NCBI GenBank assembly: GCA_964016885.1
Contig: OZ024752.1
Coordinates: 17,484,001 to 17,548,000, forward strand
Source: Eledone cirrhosa
Lineage: Eukaryota
DNA length: 64,000 nt
Direction: 5' to 3'
Translations under genes and position numbers: made by a program
Part shown: positions 11,613-24,044 of the stretch, one piece after another
Numbering within the stretch: position 1 is the first letter of the stretch
How the letters are laid out: every line of letters starts with the position of its first letter
Notes under the pieces: generated by a model
The model's database searches: none
Told to the model about the DNA's origin: nothing
Seen by the model: the letters and a program-made list of their open reading frames with translations, nothing else

Positions 11613-13140
11613 TTAGTTAGGTTTATAGTATTTAAATGTTTTTCGTATATGGTGATTACAAACTATAATCAGTTCTTGTCGTTTATTCAATAAATCGTCT
11701 TTAGATTTAGTAATTTCCAAGATCTCAATGGAACATAATCTGCATTCTCTCCCGTTCTCAAGATATGGAGTTCTTTGTAGAATGGTATTCCACGATAGTT
11801 TGAAATCTATTCCTTTCTTTTTATAGTTATTTACTGCTTCAGCCAACGAAGTGGTGTTAGCTGGATTAGTGTTGTTAAAGCTACTGGAGTGTGCGTAATA
11901 TCTTTTCTTAAATGTGTTCGATGTAGATCCTATATATGTTTTGTTGGAATCAGTAGTAGACACAGTGCATTTATATATTACATTATTAATCAAACAGTTG
12001 CCATTTAAGGGGCAAGCGCTTCTATTTCTGCAATTACAACCATACGTAAGATGGTTGTTGGGGGTACCTACATAATTCTCATTAATCTTTGAGCTATTCT
12101 TATTGCAATTAATGTTAGAGAGAGAATGAGTGCTGCTTTGTGGGTGAGTTAGTACTGGAGTTGTATTGTGATTTTGTGTTATGCTGTTTTTGTGTTGGTG
12201 ATTTGGGTGGTTGTGTTTTCCAGGTTGAAGGATTGTATTATTTGTCCTTTTAAGAGATGTAGTCTTATTTAAATTATGTTGTGGTGGTGTGGTCATATTA
12301 TTTTTAAATTTATAAATGTTGTAGTTGCTTATTTTCTGTTGGAGATTGTTTGATGTAGAGTATGAGAATTTAACAGTATATCTGTTAAATATTTGGTGGT
12401 ATCTGTGGTTTGGTGGAAAATGTTTATGTAGAATTTCGAAGAATTTTTGGGGGATTTTCCCAATAGTTTGCAGGTTGAAGGGTGCGTTGTACCATGTTAT
12501 GTTTGTTTCGCGGTTTTTAGTTAATTTCTTCTTCTCACTTATAATAATGTGCTGTGTTCTAGAAGAGTTCCTATGGTCAGTATTTGTATTAGTGGATTTT
12601 GGTAAATTGCAGTGGTTGTATTTGGTGTTATTATTGGGTAGATTATGAGATTTTGAGTGCTTGGTATTCATATGTGAGTTGTTAACATTGGTCATAGATC
12701 ATGTAGTAATAGTTGTTGTGGTCTTTCGGTTGTTTGGTGTGATAGGAATAACACCATTAGGCATTTGTTTCAATGGTATATTTTGGTGTTTGTAGTTTTT
12801 GCTAGGTTTTGTAGTATGGTCCATAGTAGTGTTGGGGATATATGAAATTTTTTCTTTATATCCACTTCTAGTTAAGGCCTCGTTGTAGAAAGGTGCATTA
12901 TTATAAAATATATCCTCATTGGAAGATAATTTAGAAAGTCTAAGAGATATGTTATATACTAAGTTTTTAGTATAGAGCCTGGGTGGTTAGAGCGTGAATG
13001 TATATAGTGTAGATTCTGGTTGGGTTTGTGGTAAGGTTGATAAATATTCGTAGAGGGGTCTAAGGTAACGTCAAGGAAGTTAGCTACTTTTGAGGTGTTT
13101 TCAAATGTGATATTAAGGTTGTAATAGGCCTTGAGGAATC
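11613..13140 (-). mobile_element. Penelope-like element 3' part: RT thumb relic, Asn/His/Thr-rich linker, GIY-YIG
   Basis: NFLDVTLD..YQPYHKPN, LSSNEDIF...YNEAL..SGY (12840-13140); ORF 11613-12695 has ITWYNAPF, CNCRNRSACPLNGNCL, VIYKC...TYIGST..FKKRY..H, CRLC..E, LLNKRQE. Confidence 0.93.
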
Positions 13141-14274
13141 TTCTAATTTGTTTTTTTGTTTTTCTCTTAGTTAGAGTGGGTTTTATTTCGTCTTAGCATT
13201 CATTAGGACTCATATAGTTTTGACATATCTTTATAGTGTATATCAACTAAATGAAAATAATTGATATAAAACATTAATTCTTTAGCAATATTTCTAACAA
13301 CATTTTTAACTATATATATTTTTGAACAATATTTTCAGTAACTTATTTACTATATTGCATTATTGCATTACTATATTATATTATATATATTTGAAAGGTA
13401 TCACCTCATTATTGCATTATTATATTATGTTATATATATTTGAAAGGTATCACCTCAATTATAAACAAATAATAAACTATAATCTTTCTATTCTTTGATC
13501 GATACATATATATAATTAAAAATTCGGACTTCTTTAAGTTTAGTTATAAGGCTGGTTGATATTTTTGGCACTCAAACTATTTAACAATAAATTCTTTAAT
13601 AAGTATAATTATTTTACAAATTATATTATAGAAACTGTTGTCAATATTATAAATAATTTTGGTATAGATTACCTTCGTGAAGATAGAAAAACATTATATG
13701 TATTTTTTCTTTCTCGTGTTTCGTAAATCCTTAAATTTGTTTTCATAAAATTTGAATTTTAGAAATTAAACATAATTATATTATAATATTAATACAAATA
13801 TCTATTAACTTTTAAAACCTAAAATATTATTCATTACCCTGAAATAACTTAAATTAAATATTTTGAAAATTAACCGCCAACTATATTATTTTGGTCATGT
13901 GTTACAAATATGGAAATCTGTGTATATAAACTTGAACATAAATTACTCCCCTTTGTCTCTCTCTCTCTTTAATCACCTTTCATCTGTTTTTTCAAGCCAT
14001 CTACTAAATATATTATCACATCAGCTGTTTCTTCCTCTATGCTTTCCTTTCCCTCCTCTTTCTCCAGTAGTTTTTTAAATTAAAATTTTTTATAACTGTT
14101 ATATTGGTGCCATGTATTTCTTAAACTCTATTACACGCACCCTCTCTATTGTTTGTATTTTGTTATCTCATCTTCTCAATATTAGGGGATAAATATTGAG
14201 TTTTGTCATAAGTTAATCACTACCGTCACTAAATCTTAACCACATAATATGACAGGGTATGTCATGTATCATTT

Positions 14275-14341
14275 TATTTTATCTGATGAGGACGTACTGT
14301 TGAACTTAACTCAGTACCTCTGAAATATTTATAATAAAATA
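14275..14341 (+). ncRNA. Type I HHR candidate, distant relative of the 2819/49777 family
   Basis: TATTTTAT-CTGATGA-GGACGTACTG..CAGTACCTCT-GAAA-TATTTA-TA-ATAAAATA; stem III imperfect. Confidence 0.6.
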
Positions 14342-14588
14342 TAATTGATCACAAGAATATCTATTTTGTTAATATTTTGAATTAATATATATATATATAT
14401 ATATATATACAATGATATTAAATAAATGGAAACTATAAAAAAACATATTTATTCTATTATATATATTTCAAGGGTACCAACAATTTTGGTACGCTATCAT
14501 CAGATAAAATACGAAGTGTGTTCAAGTTATCCCTGGATACATATACATATATACATATGTGTATATGCACATATATGTGTGTATGTGT

Positions 14589-14620
<32 letters not shown>

Positions 14621-15429
14621 ATACATATGCTTCTTTAAGTATATGTGTATATATAGGTGTGGGTGTATGTCTATACATGCACGGGGGTGAGAACTTAAGT
14701 ATACGTGTGTGTATTTATATATATAGGTTTAGATACATCTGTGCGTGTGTTTGTGTGCATGTGTGTGTGTCTATGAATGTGTGTGCGTTTGAGTGTGTGT
14801 ATGTGTGTATATATATATATGAATGTATATATATATATGTATATGTGTGAGTGTCTGTGTATGTGTATGAATGTGTCTGTAAGTGTGTGTGTGTATATAT
14901 ATGTATGTGGAGATATCGGTTGTATATGAACATTAAATGTAGCAGTAAGTGGCAGGCCAACGATCTCCCACGCACACGACAGCTTGACATGATGACTGAC
15001 AGGTGTTACCTCCAGAATAGACTGATGATGGGATAATTGAATCAATGAAGGGACGTAGAATAACAGGATGTTAATATGTGCTGAAGATAACTAATAGCCG
15101 AAGATTTGAACACACAGAATCGGAGACGAATTCATATACTAAACATATCTAACGACCTTTCGATTACAGAGTCAGGTTCGATCTATAATAGGTCTTGCCT
15201 CGAGCTGGTCGATAGTGATCGATAGTGTAATATGTTATTAAATATGTTATAATGCAACACTGAATTCTTGTCCCTCATCCTTATAGTATTATACTCTGCT
15301 CTGCGTGAGCATCGAGTGCTTAACCGACATACTGCCTACAGATGCATTTTTCATGCAACCATACAACTATATATATATATTTCGTTTCTGAATTTGTTTA
15401 GCAAGATTCTTTATCTGAAAATATATAAG

Positions 15430-15640
15430 GAAATGGTAGTTTACTTGAAGCATTGCGTAGTGAGGTATAAATGTTTGGAGTTAGAAGGTCAGAACAACGC
15501 AGGTATGGATATAGAATATAAATACAAATGCAAAATATATCACTGACAATTAGTCTTTTAGCTTAAATTTATTTTAATATTCTTATATTTCGAGATAATA
15601 TCTCTTCTTCAGAGGAGGGAAGTAAAGGGGTTAATCCAAG
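15430..15640 (-). mobile_element. Non-coding repeat with a minimal HHR-like motif at 15582-15614; homolog at 59695-59900
   Basis: CT-CTGAAGA-A-GAGAT att ATCTC-GAAA-TA-TA-AG; the homolog reads TCCCT-CCGAAGA-A-GAGAT att ATCTC-GAAA-ATT-AGGGA. Confidence 0.55.
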
Positions 15641-15798
15641 TCATGCTGACAGGAAATAGTATAGAAATTCCATTATATTTCTAATGTCAAAGAGTGAAGG
15701 TTAGGTGGATAAAGGGTTGTCTCGCTTTAAAAGGGTTTGGACATGTATGTCTAAGTGTGTGTATGTGTGTGTGAGGAGAGAATACGTGAAGGTGTAAG

Positions 15799-15875
<77 letters not shown>

Positions 15876-16119
15876 ATGTGTGTGTGAGTGTGAGGGGATA
15901 TGTTTATATGAAAATGTGGCGGCTAGATGCTCTATCATGTTACAACTGGTCTATGTGTGTGAATGTGTGTGTGTGAGAGAGAATAAGTAAAGGTGTAAGC
16001 ATGGGTGTGTGTGAGGGTGAGAGTATACGTGGAGGTGTAAGTGTGGGGATAGGTGCTATATCATGTTAAAAATTAGGTGTTGAGTTCTAGTCTGTTATTG
16101 ATTGGTGGTTGCGTTTTGT

Positions 16120-17165
16120 CTATATTTAGTGCTTCGTTAATTCTAAGATTGCCGAGGTTTCTTAGCATCTATCCTAACTATTATGTTTTTGTCGGTGTTT
16201 TTGCATTTCACTAGGTGTTTCTTAAATGAGGAAGCATTAGTGTTGTGGTGTTCTTTCATGAAGTGGTCTGGTGGTGCTACCTATGTAGAAATTGCTGCAT
16301 TTGTCACACTCTAATCTGTATACGACGTAAGCCTGGTGGCATAGGTCTGTGTCATCGATGGGGCAGTTGGCCAGCGTGCAGCGGCTGTCATGTCTGGTGG
16401 AGTGTCTCTTGGTTAGCTATCCGCGTAGAGAAGGTGCTGACTGGGCTAGCTGGATATCTAGTCCCTCTCGTCTGATAGCTCTGCGTATGGCTGTTGTTGT
16501 TTCGTCACTGAAGTGTGGGAGCTTCAGGGAACAGGTGTTAGTGCCTCGGGTGTGGTGTCCTCTGTTGTTTCTGGCACGGTTCGCGGTGGACGTCGGGTAT
16601 CCGTTCAGTTTAAGTACTTCCAGGAAATATGTGGTGTGTGTGTCTCGGTCTCTTTCTTCGGTGCATTTGTTCCGGATACGTGTTAGTTCGTTCCTTATGT
16701 ATCAGAACTTGACTGGGGTGGGGGGTGGGGGGGGGGGGGGGGGGGGTGATCTGAAATGTACGAACAGGTCCCTGCTGGCGTCTTTTTTATAGAAGCAGGT
16801 GTGGATGTCGCCTTCCTCTGTTACTCTGAGCTGGAAGTCCAATAGGGATAGGGATACGCGGTCATCAGGGTTTCCATGCTGAACTTTATATTGGCGTCCA
16901 TGCTGGAGAATGTCATGTATATTTTATCCGCTTCTTCACGGGTTGATGTAAGGATGAGTATGTCATCTACATATCGGGTGAAGAAGGTATAGGAATGGCA
17001 GGTGTTGAGGGCTCGGCATTCCAGCTGGTTCATATAAGTGATGGCCAGCAGGCCCAATAGGCTGGATCCCATGGGTAATCCTGTTGTCTGTCTGTATGTG
17101 TGGTGGTGGAAGGTGAAGTACGTGTTGTCCACTGTGAAAGACAAAAGCTGGTGTATGTCCGTCAT
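16120..17165 (-). mobile_element. Degenerate Penelope-like RT fragment
   Basis: DNTYFTF...YRQTTGLPMGSSL...FTRYVDDILI...NIKFSME; downstream thumb relic (IRNELTRIRNKC..LKLNGYP); short foldback at 17170-17215. Confidence 0.88.
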
Positions 17166-18012
17166 ATTCATACTCATCCTTACATCACCCCGTGAAGAAG
17201 CGGATAAAATATACTTGACATATATAGTGCCAATAGTTTCCGAAGAATATATAAAGGAAAAAAAGTGCTCTATGTAATGTACAGAACAAAATATATAAAT
17301 AAGATCTCAAAACAAATGCATGCTACCTAAGGTTTCAAAGGTCAACCTGCATTGAGCATAGACATTCTATGTCTGCTAGTTTAGTTATCTTCGGGTTTTC
17401 CTTAAGATAACTAAACTAGCAGAGATTGAATATCTATGTCATGCTGGTTGAAATTTGAAACCTTAGGTAGCATGTATTTGTGTTGAGATCTTATATAATA
17501 CATATACATAGAAACTTCGAGGTCACAGTCAATTTTCTACTTAGAAAATAAAATTTACACTCTAACAACAAGTATTGAGTGTTAATTCAATTCACGTTTC
17601 AATGTTTTAAATACTAATACATAGGAGAGATAAAGAGAGAGAAAGTGAGGTTGAGATCAACTAGTAAAATAGTAAACTAAAAGAGAGTGTACCTTGTCGT
17701 GGCATAACATCTCCCGTTGAATATTGGAGATTTGCGAATGATTTTATTTGTTCTGAGATGAAAGTCAATAAATTTGTAAGAGAAACAGTTTAATCCCACA
17801 GTGATTAGTAATATTACACAATTTGTTCGAATACTACATCTGACTTAGAGTAAAACATTCAAATATATCGACCCGTAGCACGTCAATATTGATGTCTTTA
17901 TCTAAAATGTTCAATACTATGAAGTTTTCACTGCGCTAGGAGAATATGATTCTTTCTAAATGTTCTTAGTCGAAAACATTTATAGTTTAGCCATTTTTCA
18001 AAATAAGATTTA

Positions 18013-18800
18013 TACAGGGTAAATAAAAAAATGTCTCCATTTTTATTTTTGTTTATATTATTCATTTTTTGACAAAAACTGCTGACATTCCGAATAACTT
18101 TAGTTCAAACGCTTAAAGACAACATATCAAACATTTATTATCTTTTGACGTTTCCATCTAGAGTTACAGCACATCTTTCAAGTGATACCTATTTGAATCC
18201 ATGCAACTCAAAAGTTGCATGGTGAAGTTTAGCATAATATCTTTAGAAACAGAACTAGCGATGGCTCTCATCTCCTCCCTGATGTTTTCCTTTAGTTCAG
18301 TGATGGCCCTCGGTTTGTTGACATATAAGCTATACTTCAGATAGCCCCAAAGAAATAAATCGGGGGGGGGGGGGGGGCTTAAAACAGGGCAGTGTGGGCC
18401 ACCACACACAATCAATCTTAAAACTGATCACACGATTTCCAAAGTTATTTTTCAGTCTGTATTCTGTAGGGGTACTTCTTAACATCCTCTTTGACAACGT
18501 TTCTGCAAGTTTCTCTGGAGAGACATAAGGATTGGTTCCTCCTGTGCAGCAATTGTTTTGGGCTCTGTTCAACATATTCTTGGACCATGTGAATAAATTC
18601 ATAAGTATACTTCTTGGGTCGTCAAGAGTGGGTAGAACGATCCTCAGACAGTGTATTTAGGTTCCCCACTGCTCCATAGGTCTCAAACTTCTTCACCCAG
18701 TTTTGTATATTGGCTTTGAAAGGAAATTTGTCCGTTCCAAAACACGCATGAAATTGCTCCTAGACCTGCTTGTACGAGCACAATGGATATCTAAGATGTG
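18013..18800 (-). mobile_element. Tc1/mariner transposon relic
   Basis: PDLFLWGYLK.SLYVNKPRAITELKENIREE (WPPRSPDL-type C-terminus); N-terminal FPFKANIQNWVKKFETYG; TA+CAGGGT terminus at 18013-18020. Confidence 0.8.
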
Positions 18801-19231
18801 TTTTCCCTTAAGACATGCTATACTTTTAGGCTTCCAAGTCTACTTTGAAAGATATAATATGTTAAATCATCAAAAGTGAACATAGGATTGAAACCAGTCC
18901 GGCTGATCCCTCATTTTATGTCCTTAAAAATAGAAAGACAAGGTGCTTACATCTGTTTATATATAAATGATATACATTCTGTTGTACAGTATAACATTGA
19001 AACAGAGCACAGCACCAGTTAATCAAGATAACTGTCGGAAATCTCTCCAACGTACTTAAGCCCTTAGTAACAGTAGAACTATAAGCAGTGTCTCCGTGGT
19101 TATTTAAATTCGGTCGGTACTCGGTCACTAATGATCTCCCAATGCAGTGTTAATCTCATTCAACTGATCACTTTTTTTTCGGTTCATGGTGATATTGAAT
19201 ATAAAGACAAAGTGTTTACATTTGTCTATAC

Positions 19232-19411
19232 CAGTGTTGGACTTAGGACAAATGAGGCCCTGTGCTAGTTAAGTTATGAGGCCTCTTACGTAGGCCCTGA
19301 AGGAGGTAAGCCCGGTAGGCCTACACAAGCAGTCAGGCATATATGGGACCCCTCTGACCAACGGGGACCTGTGCTTAAGCACACCTAAGCACAATGGTAA
19401 ATCCAGCACTG
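19232..19411. mobile_element. hAT-like MITE
   Basis: TIRs CAGTGTTGGACTTA / TAAATCCAGCACTG; degenerate 8-bp TSD GTCTATAC / GTCAATAT. Confidence 0.7.
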
Positions 19412-19599
19412 GTCAATATATAGCATTAACTAAAATTTATAGACATATTCTTTAGTACAATGTAGCGTTAAATACACAATAAATTAATGGAAATATTTGA
19501 AGGAAGTATGGAGGGTAGATTGAAATAAAGAATATATTCTTAACTATTCTCATAATCAATTATTACATTTGTTTATCTCCTTATTGTTAGTCAGATTAG

Positions 19600-19760
19600 A
19601 GGGTGGGGGTTGGCAGTATCGGTAGAGCGTCGGACACCCCATGCTGTGCAGCATAGGCTTAGGTCCTTTTACGTTCTGAGTTCAAATCCCACCAAGGTCA
19701 GCTCTGCCTTTCATTCTTACGGGGTTGATAAACTAAAGTACCAGTAACGCACTGGGGTAG
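19600..19760 (+). mobile_element. SINE, 3'-truncated and diverged
   Basis: TTGGCAGTATCGGTAGAG, GTTCAAATCC, central domain. Confidence 0.85.
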
Positions 19761-20149
19761 ATTAGAAAGAAACATAATTACGATTTACAAAGGAGAAATC
19801 CATTGTAACGTCTGTGTGAACTTTCTTTGCCTGTTGATAGAATTGGTGTTGAAGATCTTTTCGTTCTATTTGTAAAATTCCTCAGGGAACATCATGTCAC
19901 CAAAATCGCTGAAGAAAAGAATCAATATAATTAGAAATATGGACAATTAATTATTTCCTGATAATATTGGTTTTCTACGCTTGCGAGAAAACTCTGAATT
20001 CCCCATAGTTATCGTATAGCTGATTAAAATGTTGCGATTAAAATATCCTGTTAAGCGAAGGAAAATTTGAGCTAATCCATTTTGGCAAAGTTGATATACT
20101 TCAACAATTGTATACACTTTCCTGGGTAGAACTCCTCGTGGTATTATAT

Positions 20150-20700
20150 AGCATCAGAGATTCGGGTTTAATTGTCAATAGCAACCAAAGCTGCATTACC
20201 TAAATCAACAACAAACTTGACACGACCTGCAGGATGTGCCTTTGGATCCTTTAAATATTCCAGTCGAGTGATCCAATTTCCTTTATACTTCTCTTTGCTA
20301 TCTTTCCTCGACCTCACCTTCGATAGTTACCTGTTGGGTTTGCTCCATATGAAACAAAGTCTTATGAGAATTGAATCAACTCAGGGGTCAATTAGAAAAT
20401 GAAAAAATAAATGGAATGACAGCTCTTCATTACTGGGATCGACTAGAAAAGCTCAAAATTTATTCTTTGCCAGATCACCAAGAGATCTATATTATTTGTA
20501 TGATATGGAAATTATTCCCTCAATATTGCCCATATGGTGATATCACTAAGTTTAGAAGTCACTAATAGTTTCCTTCCTACGCCATACATCTTCCACAGAA
20601 GTCGAGCTCAAATTACGCAACATCATAAATGACAGATCTATTTCACCACTAATGATCCAGTTCACTTCAGAATCACCCCAAAATGTTTAAAGAAAACCCG
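20150..20700 (+). mobile_element. Highly degenerate CR1/L2-group LINE 3' coding relic
   Basis: INGMTALHYWDRLEKLKIYSL...IYIICMIWK resembles the L.Y.ERL..L.LYSL..RR C-terminal motif. Confidence 0.55.
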
Positions 20701-21774
20701 GGCAAATTTTCTTCAAGAAATATGAGATAAATCTCCTGCATCTAGATATGTTTCGCTCATTAACACGTAGGTCTGTGTTGTCCAAATACGACTTGAATAT
20801 TAAAATATGACTTAAACGATATTAACGTGTAGCCGTTTTGAATTAAACATATCCTGGGCCAATGCAGGTTAAAACCTATCAAAAGTATATATATATATAT
20901 ATATATATATATTAAGACAGGGGGGAAGAAAAAATGGCTTCACTTGTGCTTTCAACAAATTTATTTTCTTCACAAAATCCCAAAAGAATTTTTCTTAAAA
21001 AAAATTATTTTATAAATTAAGTTGTTGGTTGTTGGTTAGGTCTTAGGAGTTCTTGGTTAACGTAGGAGGTATTGTTTCGTTTTTAGAAAGACCTTTCACG
21101 CTGAGGTGCGCTTGTCAAACTGATGTGTATGTGGTGTGTTGTTCTATATATAGGGATTTAACATGTCTGTGGTGTGGTGGGGGTTTCTTTTCTCCCCCTT
21201 TAATAAGTGCATGGGTGTAGGTGTGTTGAAAAAGTGTTCATAGCAGTAATGAGTTGAGACGGTGAGTAGGGTTGGGTGGGGAGAAATGTAGCAAGTGCGG
21301 CCTGCCGCGGTCATTCTCGAAAAATTCCTTTATTCAGGGGAAAAAGCTTTTAGTATTCCTTTTGTGTTGAAAATGGTCACAGGCAAATCGCACCTGTCAA
21401 GTTTGTGAATAATTATTTTTTTCTTTTTTTCCTGAAGAATTTTTCTACGTCCATCCCAAAATTAGTCCTTTGTTCAACACACACATATATGTGCGCATAT
21501 ACGTACATACACACACGGGCATATGTAGGAATATATAGGCACACACCATCAATCACACACCCATGTACAAATACATCCACATACATACACAAAAACATAT
21601 AGAGACACATAAAAACACACATACACATACGTACACACACGAATATGTACTCATACCTCCACATGGGTATAGATATATATATATACATATATACATACTT
21701 ACATATATATATATATATATATATATACATACATATACACATACACACACATACACACACACATACATATATAT

Positions 21775-21804
<30 letters not shown>

Positions 21805-21806
<2 letters not shown>

Positions 21807-22410
21807 GGTGGCTGCCAACTCGTTTTCGAGTACGGCCACTACTTTATATCCATGTAGGAGAACCCCTACTGATGCGCTGAACGAGTGTGACTTTTTAGTC
21901 CAGCCAGCGACTTGAAAACTCTGGTACAAACACTACACTTGTGACAATTATTGACACATAGTGTTGGGCCCATGGTACCATGTGACGACAAGTGCAGAGA
22001 GATCTCCAGATATAAAGCAATGCCTGTGCCGTGAAGCTTTTATAGTGAGCAAAGGCACTGCACAAAGCCAGTCCCACTCTCTTAACCAAGATGATATTTA
22101 CCAAAAAGAAGAACAAGTCAACATCATTGGATACCATCAGGGTTGCAGGTGTTATATCAGAGTTTTCCTTCTCCTAGAATTCTGCCTTGACAAAGGCTAA
22201 GGGGTCATCTCTCCCGGTGATTTTGGATGGCCATTGACTCTTAAGAGCTCCTTTGCCCTTTGACAGGTTTTGTTTTTAGTCCTGCAGGATGTCCAAAGTC
22301 ACCCTCCTCACCAAGAAACCTTGGTGGGGTTGCCAGTTTAGTCGCCAACGACCCGACCATGAGGCAGGTTGTACTGGGATACATGTTACCAGTAGCACCA
22401 ACTGGTGACC
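21805..22410. mobile_element. ~600-bp insertion present only in the left arm of the PLE inverted repeat; possibly a LINE 5' UTR fragment
   Basis: GC-richer block within (TA)n, absent from the mirrored arm near 29200; GGGTTGCCAG and TTTCCTTCTCCTAG motifs are reminiscent of RTE UTRs. Confidence 0.5.
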
Positions 22411-22666
22411 TGACATATATACATATATACATACATATACATACATATACATACATATACACACATAAAGATACATAACTAAATATACATATATACACAT
22501 ACACGCACACATACACACACACACACGCACGTGTATACACACACACACACATATACATATGTCCGTATATATACCCCTCCGTTCACACATACATGCATAC
22601 ACACACACACATACACACATACATCTATATATATATATACACATATAAAGAGAGAGCATACACACA

Positions 22667-22753
<87 letters not shown>

Positions 22754-22967
22754 CATACATATACACATACACATATGTACACATAAACACATACAGACAC
22801 ATACACACATATACACATCACATACACATACATATATATCTATATACATATATATACACATACATATACACACATATATATATATATATATATATACACA
22901 TACATACACCTACACATACAAGTACATACATACATACAAGTACATACATACACACATACATACATAC

Positions 22968-23008
<41 letters not shown>

Positions 23009-23305
23009 CATATATACATACATATATATATACATATATATACACATACACACACATACATACACACATACATATATACATACATATATATATGTGCGTA
23101 CACACGAGCACATAAAGACACATATACACATACACATATATATACATATATATACATATATATACACATACATCTACATACATATACACAAACATACACA
23201 TATGTACACACACATATACATATATGCACATACATACACACACACACACATATATATAGGTACATACACATACATATACACACACATAAACATACATATC
23301 TATCC

Positions 23306-23336
<31 letters not shown>

Positions 23337-23401
23337 TATACACACATATATATACAAACATACACATACATACATGTACATATACACATATATACACACA
23401 T

Positions 23402-23444
<43 letters not shown>

Positions 23445-23643
23445 TACAAACATACACACATCCATACATATATATACACACACACATACACACACCCACA
23501 TACATATATACCCACACGTACATACATCCATACATCCCTACACACATATATGTGTGTGTCTCACCGTTTACTCAGATATTCATGTGTATACATAAGAAGA
23601 GGGGGGGGGGTAGTGAAATGGAATTTTACCTCCGAGTGTTAAT

Positions 23644-24044
23644 TCATTTTTTCGTGTTCAGTAGTGGTTTAAATTTTTCAATGAAGAATTCTTCCTTATA
23701 TTTGCGGAAATGTTCGTTATCCGACCATATCTTGAAGAAAGGGAAGATTGTGAATTTTCCCTTCCCGCATGATGCAAAGTGTGCGCTACATGTGGTATTT
23801 CTGACTGTGGGGTCTTAATTTGTTGTTTATGTACCTGGACTCTATCATGTAATCCCGTTCCGGTTTCCCCAATGTAATACTCTTTACACTGTGGACATGT
23901 TGCGCAATATATTAGGTTTTTCGTTTTGCAGTTCATGTTAGCATTGACCTTGAAATTATCATGGTTTTTGAAGGACAACTGTTTGCCCTCTTCGATTAGT
24001 TCACAGGTTCCACATCTAGGGTCCCCGCATTTCGTCACTTGCAT
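23644..24044 (-). pseudogene. PLE GIY-YIG endonuclease, frameshifted
   Basis: [37 protein letters not shown]; extra 1-bp deletion near 23817 relative to the 27533 copy. Confidence 0.92.

Noticed and set aside
11140-13210. Short inverted pair (ATGCTAAGACGAAATAAAACCCA) flanking the PLE, as an HHR or TIR
   Set aside because: Core CTAATGA lacks G5 and a stem II; probably an inverted pLTR remnant
22320-22412. HDV-like ribozyme on the minus strand (ACC-TGCCTCAT-GGT...CTAA-ACTGG)
   Set aside because: Could not assign a consistent P1/P1.1/P2 nested pseudoknot by eye
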